Virus record (IMG/VR): IMGVR_UViG_2895778652_000001
Span: 1-64,000 of that record
Reading direction: 5' to 3' (one strand)
From: a virus
Lineage: Duplodnaviria > Caudoviricetes
DNA: 64,000 nucleotides
Shown here: one piece after another, positions 30,297-40,570 of the stretch
Position numbering within the stretch: position 1 is the stretch's first letter
Layout of the letters: each line of letters starts with the position of its first letter
Notes under the pieces: generated by a model
Databases searched by the model: none
What the model was told of the DNA's origin: nothing
What the model saw: only the letters and a program-made list of their open reading frames with translations
Made by a program: the position numbers and the translations under genes

Positions 30297-30820
30297 CCAC
30301 CATGCAGATCAAGGGCATCACCCTGACCCATCCCTGGGCCTGGGTCATCGCGGAAGGCGGCAAGAACATCGAGAACCGGACCTGGCGGCCAGAGAAGCAG
30401 GGCGGACGGATCGGCATGTATCTGGCAATTCACGGCGGACGGCTGCACGGCCCGAACACGGCGGGGCGTGCGGAAGCGCGGGTATCCCTGGCTTCGGTCA
30501 TCACCACGATGGGCTGGGAAGGCGAGCAAGATCCAAAGACCATGCTCAGACTGCGGTGCGGTCTGGAAGTCGCCAATGAAACGGATTACATGCCCACTGG
30601 CATCATTGCCGTGGCACGGCTGGCCGATGTGCGGGAGGACCACGACAACCCCTGGAGCGTGTTCGGTCAGTACCACTGGCACCTGGCCGACGTGACCCCG
30701 CTCTCTGAATCTGTCCCCCACAAAGGGGCGCAGGGGTTGTGGAGCCTGGAACGGGACGCGCTGGCGCAGGTGCGGACGCTGTATCGGGAGGCACTTAAAG
30801 CCAAAACGGCGGCGGCGTGA
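30293..30820 (+). CDS. ASCH-domain protein
   Basis: GITLTHPWAWVIAEGGKNIENRTW...KGAQGLW. Confidence 0.85.
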   Translation: MTTMQIKGITLTHPWAWVIAEGGKNIENRTWRPEKQGGRIGMYLAIHGGRLHGPNTAGRAEARVSLASVITTMGWEGEQDPKTMLRLRCGLEVANETDYMPTGIIAVARLADVREDHDNPWSVFGQYHWHLADVTPLSESVPHKGAQGLWSLERDALAQVRTLYREALKAKTAAA

Positions 30821-31089
30821 AGGCCGATGTCAGGGCGCAACTGGAGGCGCTGGCCACCCGCCGCCGCGAGGCCGTCGAACTGCTGGGCGCGGGCGCTCAC
30901 AACGATTTCGAGTTGCTGGCCGTCATGGCGGCGTTGTCGGGCTGGATCACGCGCGGGCGGGCAGCAGAGATGATCGGGGTGGACCTTGCGCACTACCGCC
31001 GGGAAGTGGAGCCGTATTTCGTGGTGGTGATTCAGAAGGAATGGCCGGAGAAGTGGGCGCAGGTTCAAGCAAGGGGAGAAGCGATATGA
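30817..31089 (+). CDS. Hypothetical protein (possible HTH)
   Basis: ITRGRAAEMIGVD; GTGA overlap. Confidence 0.5.
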   Translation: MKADVRAQLEALATRRREAVELLGAGAHNDFELLAVMAALSGWITRGRAAEMIGVDLAHYRREVEPYFVVVIQKEWPEKWAQVQARGEAI

Positions 31090-31373
31090 AAGACGCAAAA
31101 GCATCAGAGAAGGCGCGGCGGCTGGCGAATCAGGCCCACGATCACGCTGATTTTGTGGCGGCCATCGCCCATCACGTCACCCATGAGGCAAGCAACAACA
31201 TGCTCCGGCATGCAGCTACGCACCTGCGGCAGATGGCGGGGTTTTTGGAGAGCGAATACGCCCTGGAAGCGCCGCTCTCTGAACAGGCGGCAAGAGAATT
31301 GAGCGAGAACGTGTCACACATGCGCGGCGCAGCCCTCAAGGCCAAGCCAGAGGAGGAAGTAGATGGGGATTAA
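31086..31373 (+). CDS. Hypothetical protein
   Basis: GGAG RBS; ATGA overlap. Confidence 0.55.
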   Translation: MKDAKASEKARRLANQAHDHADFVAAIAHHVTHEASNNMLRHAATHLRQMAGFLESEYALEAPLSEQAARELSENVSHMRGAALKAKPEEEVDGD

Positions 31374-31611
31374 GAGCAAGCGCGTGGCCTTTACGTTCGA
31401 TGACACCAGCCTTCGAACGCTGGAGCAGATGACGGACGAGGGCAGGTATAACAGCCTGGCCGACTGCGTGCGGGAGTCGCTGCAAATCACCCGCGCACTT
31501 TCGCTTCAGGCACGGCGCGGCTATACCGAGCTGGTTGTCCGCAGTCCAGGCACGAACGCTGAGCGGGTGATCGTAATTCCGCGCCTACTGATCTTTGCAG
31601 GAGAGAAATGA
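31363..31611 (+). CDS. Ribbon-helix-helix (CopG-like) protein
   Basis: KRVAFTFDD beta strand followed by two helices (SLADCVRESL). Confidence 0.7.
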   Translation: MGIKSKRVAFTFDDTSLRTLEQMTDEGRYNSLADCVRESLQITRALSLQARRGYTELVVRSPGTNAERVIVIPRLLIFAGEK

Positions 31612-31770
31612 GCGGCATCAGCCCCAGGCACAGGCGGAACAAGAAGGGCACGCCGATCCTCTAGCGTCGCCCCTGCCATCCCCCTCTCAATGTCCTCATG
31701 GAAACGCCAGCAACACCCTTTTCCGGAAACCCTATACACGCGTCGCCTGTCGTCAGGGCGGCGCGGTTCT

Positions 31771-32673
31771 TCATTCCTGTCCCAGCGCCTTCTTGACCGA
31801 GTCCGGCATCTTCCCCATCCACTTGTTTAGCTCGCTCTGCTCCTTGTCATTCAGCCGCCTCAGCCACGTCACGCTGCCCAGCGTGCGCCCCAGCCGGGCC
31901 ACCTCGCGCTCGTTCAGGGCCGTGCGGGTGGGCCGGTCCCGCAGTGCGGCCAGTCGGTCCCTCAGTTCCCGGTGCGTGGCTCCACTCAGGGCCAGGGCCA
32001 GCAGCTCCGCCTGATGCTCTGAGGGCGCAGCCGCCACCACGCCGCCCAGCGTGTACGGCAGTCCGGCGTCCAGCGCGTCCAGCACCGGCTGAGGCCAGCT
32101 CAGGATGCGGAGCTTATTGGTCACGAAGCTCGTCCATTCCCCCAGGGCCAGCCGGGCGAATAGGGCCTCCAGCGCCGCGACATCCTCGCCGCCGTGGCTC
32201 CTGGCCCGGTACAGCCGCCCGCGTGCGCCGTCCGCATCGGTGCCCAGGGCCAGGGCGGCGAGGCGCACGGTGGCCGTGACCTCCTCGTACATGCTCAAAC
32301 CCTCGCGTTGCAGGTTCTCGATCAGCGCGGCGGCCAGGGCGGCAGTGTCATCCAGATCCCGCACGATCACCGGCACCTCGCTCAACCCGGCCAGTTCAGC
32401 GGCCCGCCAGCGCCGTTCACCCGCGATGATCTCAAATCCGTCCTCGGCGGGCCGGACCAGCAGGGGTTGCAGGACGCCCTGCTCCCGGATGCTGCGGGCC
32501 AGTTCGTCTAGGGCGGCCTGGGCAAACATCCGGCGTGGCTGGAAGGAGCCGGGGCGCAGACTCTGAAGGGGCACGCTGCGGGCGTCCAGACCGGGACGGG
32601 CCAGGGCGGAGGCGTCGCCCAACAGGGCTTCGAGGCCCAGACGGGGTTTGGGTTTCTTCGGTCTCGCGGTCAT
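31771..32673 (-). CDS. parB: ParB partition protein
   Basis: [37 protein letters not shown]. Confidence 0.95.
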   Translation of the reverse strand: MTARPKKPKPRLGLEALLGDASALARPGLDARSVPLQSLRPGSFQPRRMFAQAALDELARSIREQGVLQPLLVRPAEDGFEIIAGERRWRAAELAGLSEVPVIVRDLDDTAALAAALIENLQREGLSMYEEVTATVRLAALALGTDADGARGRLYRARSHGGEDVAALEALFARLALGEWTSFVTNKLRILSWPQPVLDALDAGLPYTLGGVVAAAPSEHQAELLALALSGATHRELRDRLAALRDRPTRTALNEREVARLGRTLGSVTWLRRLNDKEQSELNKWMGKMPDSVKKALGQE

Positions 32674-33425
32674 ATCACCACTCCCAGGGCCTGCGCGACT
32701 TCGCGCGTCAGGCGTTTGATGTCCTCGTGAACGGGGCTGCCCGGTGCATACACGCCCACTGGCTCCCCGGCCATCGTGCTGTCCAGCCACACGGCCTCCC
32801 TCTGCGGCATGGGTTCCGAGAGCGGGGACAGGTAGGCGCGCAGCTCGTCCAATACCGTGCGGTCATGCGTGCGGCGGGCGTCGTATAGGGTGGGCACGTA
32901 CAGGGCCACCGTCAGTTCCGGGCGCAGGCGGCGATACAGGGCGGTGGCCCGCTGAAGGCCGGGCAGGGCGTCGAGGCCCTTTTGCCGCGTCGGCACTGGC
33001 ACGATCAGGCGATCAGCCGCAAGCGCGCCGAGGATGGCGAGCTGGCCGAGGCTGGGCGGGCTGTCGATCAGGCACACGTCGTACTGATCCGACACTGTCT
33101 GAAGCGCCTGCCGGAGGAACAGGTGTGCGCCGGGCATGCTGGCGATACCAATCTCGGCCTGAGCGAGATCCACCTGGGCGGGGATGACGGAGAGGCCGTG
33201 GGCCTGCCGGGGAGTGGGGAGGGGCGCGCCCTCGGTGGCAACGGGATAGACTGTTTCCGCAAGATCAACATCCGTTAAACCCATCCAGGACGTAGAATTT
33301 CCCTGTGGGTCGAGATCGGCCAGCAACACCCGCAGGCCCATCCGAGACAGCTCATGCCCCACGTTCAGGGTGATTGAAGTCTTCCCTGCCCCTCCGGCGT
33401 GGTTGAACACTGTGGCTGTAACCAT
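32670..33425 (-). CDS. parA: ParA partition ATPase
   Basis: [11 protein letters not shown] Walker A variant, [15 protein letters not shown]. Confidence 0.95.
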   Translation of the reverse strand: MVTATVFNHAGGAGKTSITLNVGHELSRMGLRVLLADLDPQGNSTSWMGLTDVDLAETVYPVATEGAPLPTPRQAHGLSVIPAQVDLAQAEIGIASMPGAHLFLRQALQTVSDQYDVCLIDSPPSLGQLAILGALAADRLIVPVPTRQKGLDALPGLQRATALYRRLRPELTVALYVPTLYDARRTHDRTVLDELRAYLSPLSEPMPQREAVWLDSTMAGEPVGVYAPGSPVHEDIKRLTREVAQALGVVI

Positions 33426-33622
33426 GTGCAGGATGCTAGCGCGGAATGTGCGCGGGGCCACATCGGGCGGCGGGCGGATTGATGGGGGGCTGTGGGACAA
33501 CGCCTCAAAGTTAGCGTGTGTGGGACGGGGCTTTCAGAGTGCAGTTTGTGGGGAATGGGGAGGCATTCCAGCAAAGACCCCACCACAACAAAGCGTCGGA
33601 GCGGGGTCAACTTAACGTAAAG

Positions 33623-33991
33623 CTAGAACAGCGGTACCTGTCCCCGCATCTCGCATCCCTCGAAATCCGTGGCCCAAACGTGGCCCTCTCCGTCGCAGAG
33701 TGCGCAGGCCCCTTCCTCGCCCACGCCGCTGCCATCGCAAGCCGGGCAGCGTTCGCGGGCCGGGCCGTCGGTCAGGGGTGGCCCGCCAGAGCCACGCAGG
33801 TAGACCGTCACCTCGTAGACCAGACCGCACGCCTCACAGCCGATCTCGTAATCCGTGCGGGGCATCTCGGCGTCCGACTGGAAGGCCAGAACGGTCTGGC
33901 GGTTGCGGGCGTCATCTTTGCAGGCGGGGCACTTGAACGGGCGGTGTTCAAATCGGCGGTCAATGTGCTGGGTGGGATACTCACAGCTCAT
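33623..33991 (-). CDS. Zn-finger protein (several CxxC / CxxCxGxG motifs)
   Basis: CPAC, CEAC, CPACDGSG, CALCDGEG. Confidence 0.65.
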   Translation of the reverse strand: MSCEYPTQHIDRRFEHRPFKCPACKDDARNRQTVLAFQSDAEMPRTDYEIGCEACGLVYEVTVYLRGSGGPPLTDGPARERCPACDGSGVGEEGACALCDGEGHVWATDFEGCEMRGQVPLF

Positions 33992-34398
33992 GAGTCGGCG
34001 CTCGCCTTCAGCGCGTCCAGCACCACAGCCGCCAGCGCCTCTGCGGGAGAGGGTTCCTCGGATTCAACGTCATCCACGTCCTCGACTTCCGTGGAGTCCT
34101 GGCCAGGGTTGCGGTACAGCGCGGCTCGGTAGGTCTTGCCGGAGCGGTAGATGGCCCACTCCCAGCCGCGCTCGTCGCATTCCTCGCGCAGTGCGCCCTC
34201 CAGGGCTACTCGCTGCTGCCAGCTTTCCCCAGGCTGGTCTAGGGTGTTCATGGTGGACGTGCAACCCAGGTACTCCCGGTTGCCATCCACCCGTCCATGG
34301 AAGCTGGTGACGTGATAGGTCCGTACAGGGATGCTGCGGACGCTGAACCGCTCAGGCAGCAGCTCGGCCAGCTCCATCAGTAGATCGGGCAGGCTCAC
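33988..34398 (-). CDS. Hypothetical phage protein
   Basis: Coupled ORF in the leftward early operon. Confidence 0.6.
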   Translation of the reverse strand: MSLPDLLMELAELLPERFSVRSIPVRTYHVTSFHGRVDGNREYLGCTSTMNTLDQPGESWQQRVALEGALREECDERGWEWAIYRSGKTYRAALYRNPGQDSTEVEDVDDVESEEPSPAEALAAVVLDALKASADS

Positions 34399-34733
34399 GC
34401 TCCTGCCTCCGGGTCCAGGATCCCCAGCCCCACGCCTGCCAGCCTTGCTGCCGCCACGTCGATGCCAAGATCACGGGCTATCTCGGCACTTCTGGCAGAT
34501 TGCCCCACCCGCCGCCCCTCCATGACCACCGTGCCCATCGCCAGCTCTGTGGCCCAGCGCCGCACATCCTGACCCCCCAGCTTCTCCAGCTCACTGAACG
34601 TCCGTAGCACCCGCAGGGCCGCATCGCTCAGCTCAGGTTCCGGTGCGTCAAAGCGCAGGGCGCTCAGGCGCTGATAATCCTGTCGGGCCTCCAGCCAGTC
34701 GGCGAGGGCAGTCAGGGCATAGGAGCCGCTCAC
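34395..34733 (-). CDS. Hypothetical phage protein
   Basis: GTGA-coupled ORF. Confidence 0.55.
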   Translation of the reverse strand: MSGSYALTALADWLEARQDYQRLSALRFDAPEPELSDAALRVLRTFSELEKLGGQDVRRWATELAMGTVVMEGRRVGQSARSAEIARDLGIDVAAARLAGVGLGILDPEAGA

Positions 34734-35407
34734 AGCCCCTGCCCCGGCACGCAGCCCGCTTCCTGGCAGCCCACGAGGGGTGAGATGGTTGCACAGCTCT
34801 CCGATACGGCAGAGGGATTGGCCTGAGACAGATGCGCCAGACGAACCGCCATGCCGAACTGGTTGCCACTTAGCCCCAGCTCGTCCAGCAGAGGCACCCG
34901 CTTGATCTGCTCCTCATAGGTCAGCTCGCGGAACGCCTGAACGCCCTCCCCCACTGCATCGGCAATCGCCACGGCAGCCTGACAGGTGGCCAGCTCATAA
35001 CCCTGATGCGCCCAGGCGGTGTCCGGGGCGTTCTTGAGGAAGCGGGCGAGGCGGGCCTGGAAGGGCGTGGGCAGCAGGGCGATGGCGGCCTCCTGGGCGG
35101 CGCGCCCTTCCAGATATTCGTCGCGGTCTTTCTCGCGGCGTTCGTCGATGTCCCGCTGCCACTCGGCCATGTGCTGGGCCTCGGTCTGATACAGGAACAC
35201 CTGCCCGTCAATCACGATGCCTCGCACGGGATAGCCGGTGCCCTTGCCATACAGGCGGATGGACTGGCCGGGCTGTGGGATGAATGGGCCAGCGGAAATG
35301 CCGAGAGACCAGCCGGTGTCCATTGTGACGGTGCGGCCCTCTTCCCCAACGCTGGCGATGATGGCGTCTTCAAACTGCGTATCGGCGGAGAGATCAGGAT
35401 GCGTCAT
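34730..35407 (-). CDS. Hypothetical phage protein
   Basis: 225 aa, coupled, strong GC3 bias. Confidence 0.65.
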   Translation of the reverse strand: MTHPDLSADTQFEDAIIASVGEEGRTVTMDTGWSLGISAGPFIPQPGQSIRLYGKGTGYPVRGIVIDGQVFLYQTEAQHMAEWQRDIDERREKDRDEYLEGRAAQEAAIALLPTPFQARLARFLKNAPDTAWAHQGYELATCQAAVAIADAVGEGVQAFRELTYEEQIKRVPLLDELGLSGNQFGMAVRLAHLSQANPSAVSESCATISPLVGCQEAGCVPGQGL

Positions 35408-35667
35408 GGGTGTACCTCGATTTGGATGACTTCAAAGCATGTGTCTGCGCCGTTGTACTGGGCGGGGCCGAAGATCGCCATGAACTGCCAGAGCGGCCAG
35501 CTCATCTGCCCGTCCAGGTCCGGTTGCTGGAACACGTAGTCGGTTTTCATGGACTGCGGCAACAGATCTCGCTGGGCGGCCTCGTGCTTCCGCAGGACCA
35601 CCACGCCGCGCCGGGTCAGGCGGACGTAGACGAATTGATTGATGCCAGTGGGCACGCGGTCTTTCAT
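35404..35667 (-). CDS. Hypothetical phage protein
   Basis: GGAGG RBS; INQFVYVRLT...LWQFMAIFG. Confidence 0.6.
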   Translation of the reverse strand: MKDRVPTGINQFVYVRLTRRGVVVLRKHEAAQRDLLPQSMKTDYVFQQPDLDGQMSWPLWQFMAIFGPAQYNGADTCFEVIQIEVHP

Positions 35668-36083
35668 GGATGGACCTCCGGCGTCTGGGCCAGTCGCCAG
35701 TACGCCATCTTTCGTTTCTGCTTTGGGGTCCGCTCGGCCCAGCCGTCGTCCACCGCGCGGCGCAGGGCGGCCTGAAAAATCCCCCACGTCACCTGTCCCT
35801 GAACCGCCTGCCACAGTTCGGTGGTACTCCGCCACTCCGCGTCCAGCAGTGGCAGCAGCACCACATGCGCCGCCTGGACCCGGAGCGAGGGCAACGGCGG
35901 CAGCGTGACCGTCTCTGCGTCCGCATCTGCTGCCAGGGCGCGCAACTCCCGTGCGCAGGTCAGCAGCGTCTCGGCCTCCCCACGCGGTTCGGTGGTCTTC
36001 CAGCCGAATTCGTCGCGGTGAAGCTGGCGGAGGAACGCGGCCCGGTCCTCCCAGGTCTGGGCAAGGGTGTCGGCTGGGGTCAT
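35664..36083 (-). CDS. Hypothetical protein (possible winged HTH)
   Basis: Coupled ORF. Confidence 0.5.
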   Translation of the reverse strand: MTPADTLAQTWEDRAAFLRQLHRDEFGWKTTEPRGEAETLLTCARELRALAADADAETVTLPPLPSLRVQAAHVVLLPLLDAEWRSTTELWQAVQGQVTWGIFQAALRRAVDDGWAERTPKQKRKMAYWRLAQTPEVHP

Positions 36084-36484
36084 GGGGCCGCCTGAGCGTT
36101 AAGAGCGGCGATATACCGTTCAAGAAACATGCGGTCACCATCTTCATAGCCCATGTTCAAAAGAGCGGTTGCCATCCGCTCCGGGGCGTCAAGTAGATGT
36201 CCAATCCTCTTGATCGCCTCTTCAAACCATATTTTTGAGCCAGCCAGTTCGTCAGACATCTGGTGACACGCAATTTCAAATGCTTTGGCCGGGTTCTGGG
36301 CATGGGCTGGCTCAGAAAGGGCGGCGGCAAGTGGCAGAAAGGGGCCATGCCCAGCACGGTCCATCGGGGCGTCCTTGAGTATGCGCGTTCCCCCGCAGCG
36401 ACAGCAGGTTTGCGGGCATTGGGGTGGCATAGAGAGCAGGGCAGGGCCAGTGGTGTGCCAGCAGTGGGTGCATGGTTCATTCAT
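36080..36484 (-). CDS. Hypothetical Cys-rich protein
   Basis: CTHCWH...CCRCG; GAGG RBS. Confidence 0.5.
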   Translation of the reverse strand: MNEPCTHCWHTTGPALLSMPPQCPQTCCRCGGTRILKDAPMDRAGHGPFLPLAAALSEPAHAQNPAKAFEIACHQMSDELAGSKIWFEEAIKRIGHLLDAPERMATALLNMGYEDGDRMFLERYIAALNAQAAP

Positions 36485-36756
36485 GGGCAACCTCGGGCAT
36501 AGAGGCGGCGCTTGAGCAGCGTGTGGGGGCCGCCCCGCTTGTGGCGAAAGCGCTCGCTCACCTGCTGGCCCCGTCGGGCAAGTCGTCGCCCATCCGCTCG
36601 AACAGCGCTTGACCCTCAACGGCAAGCCCGCGCTGCTGCGCCCAGCCACCGATCAGCTCGAACATGCTGTCGTCCATCTCCCGCTGCTGCCTGGCAGTCA
36701 GGGGGTGGCCATCAGTCCGAGTAAATCGGTACTCGGCCAGCATTGCCTTCCACTGG

Positions 36757-37299
36757 TCAGGCATGATCTTCCCCTTCTGAGAATGCGGCCAGCGCCTCCT
36801 GGTTCACTTTGATGACCCGTCCGCAGCCGGGGCAGTACTGGATGATCACCCCGTTCTCGCTGTCCGGGCCGATATGGAAGTAGTGGACGGTGCGGAGGGT
36901 GCCCGTGGCCGTGTTCAGCACCTGGTGGCTGGCGTGCTTGATCACCCCGAGCTTTACGCACTCGTCGAAGCCCTCGCAGGCACAGAAGCCGGAGTCCACC
37001 GGGGCCTTCAGGGCGGTCAACATGGCATGACGGGCAGCCAGGAAGGCGGCATGGTCCCCTTCCGTATCCGTGCCTGCCACCTTCTTGTCCCAGAGCGCGC
37101 CAAGTTCCACCGTGAACGTGTTGAGTGTTGCCTCGGAGTGGCCCGGCTCCGGCGCTGGCAAGAGCAAGCCGTCCAGCGCGGCGTCCAGTTCGTCGATCAG
37201 CTTAGGGTCTGTGATCGTGTCGAACTCCGCGATGCTGGCGGACACGGCGCGACAGGCCCGGTCCAGGCGCTCCAGCTCGGACATGGGGCTACTGGTCAT
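36757..37299 (-). CDS. Hypothetical protein
   Basis: AGGAG RBS; C-terminal YCPGCG. Confidence 0.55.
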   Translation of the reverse strand: MTSSPMSELERLDRACRAVSASIAEFDTITDPKLIDELDAALDGLLLPAPEPGHSEATLNTFTVELGALWDKKVAGTDTEGDHAAFLAARHAMLTALKAPVDSGFCACEGFDECVKLGVIKHASHQVLNTATGTLRTVHYFHIGPDSENGVIIQYCPGCGRVIKVNQEALAAFSEGEDHA

Positions 37300-37900
37300 C
37301 GGGGAGCTCCTGTACCGTGCTGGCGGCGCGGCGCTCCTGCATTTCCTTGAGCTCGGCAGAGGCAACCTCACGCCACTTCATGCCGTGCTGGCGGGCCATC
37401 CCAAGAAAATGACGATTCATGTATCCCAGCTCAGCCTCCATCTTGGGGGCGATGTCATGGCCGCCTGCGCGCCAGAGATGTGCGAACCGGGCCATGTCCA
37501 TAGGATTCCAGCAAAGGATCTCCTGTTCTGCCTCCTGATATTCGGCCAGCGGGACACCGAGGGAGAGGTAGGTGGGCTGATCGGCGCTGAGGGCAGGTAT
37601 AGGCGGCAGCGTGGTCTCCCGCACGCCCATCTCCTCCGGCGTTAGGTCTGGCCAGCGTGCCAGAATGCGGGCAGTCTGGGCAGCATCAGCTTGCGCCCCT
37701 TCATCGTCCCCCTCGAACAACGCATAATTCACGCCGTCCAACAACTCTTGAAGACGCATGATGGCCGCCCGGCGCGGTGTCCCCGGCCACTCGTCCAGCT
37801 CCTGACCGTACTTCTCGCGGCCTTCCTCCATGCGGGCCTGCACGACGGCGTGGAGAGCAGCGGGCAGCAACGCTTTGGCCCGCTCGACGATGCGCGTCAT
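37289..37900 (-). CDS. Hypothetical protein, possibly related to all-alpha NTP pyrophosphatases
   Basis: RMEEGREKYGQEL...QELLDGVNY. Confidence 0.45.
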   Translation of the reverse strand: MTRIVERAKALLPAALHAVVQARMEEGREKYGQELDEWPGTPRRAAIMRLQELLDGVNYALFEGDDEGAQADAAQTARILARWPDLTPEEMGVRETTLPPIPALSADQPTYLSLGVPLAEYQEAEQEILCWNPMDMARFAHLWRAGGHDIAPKMEAELGYMNRHFLGMARQHGMKWREVASAELKEMQERRAASTVQELPDDQ

Positions 37901-38109
37901 GCCTTCACCTCTCCGCCGTAGGGCGCTGCCACTTCCTGGCCGTCCTGGCTCAACACGCACAGCGCGTACCCATCGGCCCCGACACTAAATGCGTTGATCT
38001 TCGCGGCGCAGGTCTGGCAATAGAACGCCCGCGTGCTGGAGTTCCACCACACCGCGCCCGGCTGCTGGCAGGCCGTCCGGTTGCAGTTGCCGCCCCACTT
38101 GCCCTTCAC
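37897..38109 (-). CDS. Small Cys-rich phage protein
   Basis: CNRTACQ...FYCQTCAAKIN. Confidence 0.6.
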   Translation of the reverse strand: MKGKWGGNCNRTACQQPGAVWWNSSTRAFYCQTCAAKINAFSVGADGYALCVLSQDGQEVAAPYGGEVKA

Positions 38110-38390
38110 GCCCGCACTTCCTTCCGTGCCTTGCGGCAGGTGTCGCAGGTGCAGGTCTGCTTCTGGAGGTATTCCGCCGTCCGGGCCAGTCGAGCGAGCA
38201 GATGCACGGCGTCACCCAGCAGCCATGTCGGCACCTGTTCCCCTTTAGGCGCATTCAGGGCCAGCACAACGTCAAAACCAGCGGCGTGCAGCTCCTCGGT
38301 CAACTGTTCGGCCCGCGCCTTCAGTTCTGGCGTCAGGCGGGGCGTGACGATCCCTGCTGGAATGACCTCCCCATGCGCGAAGGTCTTCAC
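38106..38390 (-). CDS. Hypothetical protein
   Basis: Coupled ORF; CTCDTC. Confidence 0.5.
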   Translation of the reverse strand: MKTFAHGEVIPAGIVTPRLTPELKARAEQLTEELHAAGFDVVLALNAPKGEQVPTWLLGDAVHLLARLARTAEYLQKQTCTCDTCRKARKEVRA

Positions 38391-39361
38391 GCGGCCACCC
38401 GCCCCAGCATCGGCAACACCACAGCCCGCAGTTGGGCCAGCATGGCTTCAGGGGTGGGATAGGCGGCTCGCCATTCAAGGACAAATGGATGGGATTCCGG
38501 TAGCAGCATGAGACGCTGGTTCTCCTTCCAGGTCAGCCCTGGCGCGTTCTGCTTCTTCCGCAGGAACAGGCACAGACTCGCGCTCTCCAGGGCATTCTTG
38601 GGCTGATCACTGGGCATAGGCACTTCCTCCACAGCGATAGGCGCGGCCACCTGGGCTTCCAGGCGTTCGCATTCGGCGTTGAGACTGGCGATCACGGTGC
38701 GGCTGGAGGCAAGGTCCTGCCGCAGTTGGTGGGCTTCATTGCGGGCGTCGCGTTCCCGGTTGTTGTTGGCGCTGCGTTCGGAGTCCAGCAGGCGGGTCAG
38801 GCGGGCAATCTCCCGCGCTGACGCCTCGCGCTCGCGGGTCAACTGGGCGGAGGCGGCATCCAGCGCCCGCCGCGCCTCTGTCGCCTCACGGGCAGCCGCA
38901 TCGGCCCCGGCAGTCATCTGCTCGCGCTCGGCAGCCAGGGTGGCCTGACTCTGCCCCTCGATCTCGGTGCGGTACACCTCGATGCCCTCCGAGATGCTGG
39001 CCTTGATGCCGTCCCAGATCACCGCCAGCGCCTCATCCGTCCGGTCCCGGATGCGGCGGCGCGGATCGGCAGAGGCCCCGGCAAACTCGGTCAGGGCAAA
39101 CGAGGTCAGGTCCAGCGTGCGGTCCAGCAGGTACGCGGCGATCTCGCTCCCGTCCTCCCGTTTGCGCGCCGCCGTGGTGTGGACCGTCAGCACGTCCATC
39201 GCGCTGATCCAGGCCCTGCGCCACTCCCGGTCCGTCAGGCGGGCAGCGCGGGCAAAGGACAGGGCGCAGTCCTCTGGGGGAACAAGGTCTGCCGTGGGGG
39301 CGCGGCGCGGCTGGGCTTTGATGGCGGCGATGTCGGCAGGATTGATCATTGAGGCGGTCAC
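38387..39361 (-). CDS. Coiled-coil protein
   Basis: AAGGAG RBS before GTG 39361; long heptad region. Confidence 0.6.
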   Translation of the reverse strand: MTASMINPADIAAIKAQPRRAPTADLVPPEDCALSFARAARLTDREWRRAWISAMDVLTVHTTAARKREDGSEIAAYLLDRTLDLTSFALTEFAGASADPRRRIRDRTDEALAVIWDGIKASISEGIEVYRTEIEGQSQATLAAEREQMTAGADAAAREATEARRALDAASAQLTREREASAREIARLTRLLDSERSANNNRERDARNEAHQLRQDLASSRTVIASLNAECERLEAQVAAPIAVEEVPMPSDQPKNALESASLCLFLRKKQNAPGLTWKENQRLMLLPESHPFVLEWRAAYPTPEAMLAQLRAVVLPMLGRVAA

Positions 39362-39587
39362 GGTTGGCTCCTTGCGCCGAACAGGCTCGGCATTTTGGGT
39401 TGGGTGGGTTTGGGAACTGACAGGGGTGCAGATGGGGGTGTGATGACACTCAGTTCCCAGGTCTTCTCGATGACATGGATCTCCTCGCCGGTGGTGGTCT
39501 GGATGGCCCAGCAGGTGCCGATGCCTGGCACGTACCAGCAATGACGCAGGACGGTGCCGAATCGTTCTCCAGCGGCGTAGTACTCGT

Positions 39588-39899
39588 TCAGGTGGGGGTT
39601 TGCAAAGATCGGCACGACAAACCGGACCTGCACTCCTTCGTCAATGGACTGGGACACCAGAGGTCCTCCAGGAACGTCTCGCCCCTGGCGGTGAGCGCGT
39701 AGCTGCCCTCGTCCCGCCGGGCGTACCCGAGAACGCACAGCTCGCTCAGGCGGTGGCCCAGGCGGGTGATCTCCTGACTGCGCCGCGCCAGCCGCGCGAG
39801 AATCTCCTCACGGGCACACGGCTCAGCGCTCAGGACCGACAGCACCGCGTGACGGTCCCCCATCTGGCAGGGAGAGACGCGGTGGGCGGGCCAGGTCAT
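39588..39899 (-). CDS. Winged-helix protein
   Basis: LSELCVLGYARRDEGSYALTARG. Confidence 0.55.
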   Translation of the reverse strand: MTWPAHRVSPCQMGDRHAVLSVLSAEPCAREEILARLARRSQEITRLGHRLSELCVLGYARRDEGSYALTARGETFLEDLWCPSPLTKECRSGLSCRSLQTPT

Positions 39900-40570
39900 G
39901 CCTCCACCCGCTTGAATGTGATGGCCCAGACCCAGACCCACGGCTCAGCCTCGAAACTGCCTGCCCCGTGGATCTGATTCCAGAGACTCCTGAAGCCATT
40001 GCGGTGGGTGGACTCGGGGAGCGCCTGCCCCTGCACAAAACTGGCAGCGTCCATCAGGAATTCAGCGGGTGCACCCTCGGCCCGTGCGTCGGCCTCGGTG
40101 ATCGCCTGCACGGGCTGGGCGCTGACTGCCGTGACTTCCAGGGTGATGCGGCTGGCCCAGTGGGGCATGAAGATCGGAGACTTCCACTGCCACTCCGGCT
40201 CCTGCTGATCGGCGGCATACAGCACGTTCTCCCGGATACGCAGCGCCTGCGGCAGATCGGCGGTTCGGCGTTCACCCCCGTCCCACTCAAAAAAGCTCAG
40301 CCGGGCGTCGTCGTCGAACCAGGCATCGTCATCTGCGCTGGGGTCAAGCAGAAACCGTTCGCGCACCCATAAGCGGTCCCCCTCGGCGTACTTCCACTTG
40401 ACCTGCCGCCCGTGGCCGTCCTCCAGACCGCTGGGGACGAACGGAGAGGCGCGCAGGCCCGCGTGGGGCTGGGGCTTGATGATTCGGCGGGTTTGCGTCT
40501 TGCTGCCGTCCAGCAGGCCGGGAATCATAGGGGCGCTGAAGATGATGGGCTTCTCTCTGTGGTTAGGCAT
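39896..40570 (-). CDS. ASCH/PUA-like phage protein
   Basis: EKPIIFSAPMI...GSKTQTRR...WKSPIFMPHWASRITLEVT...PWVWVW. Confidence 0.8.
   Translation of the reverse strand: MPNHREKPIIFSAPMIPGLLDGSKTQTRRIIKPQPHAGLRASPFVPSGLEDGHGRQVKWKYAEGDRLWVRERFLLDPSADDDAWFDDDARLSFFEWDGGERRTADLPQALRIRENVLYAADQQEPEWQWKSPIFMPHWASRITLEVTAVSAQPVQAITEADARAEGAPAEFLMDAASFVQGQALPESTHRNGFRSLWNQIHGAGSFEAEPWVWVWAITFKRVEA

Noticed and set aside
33490-33590. TGTGGG repeats upstream of parA as parS or DnaA boxes
   Set aside because: Too short and irregular to support a call.
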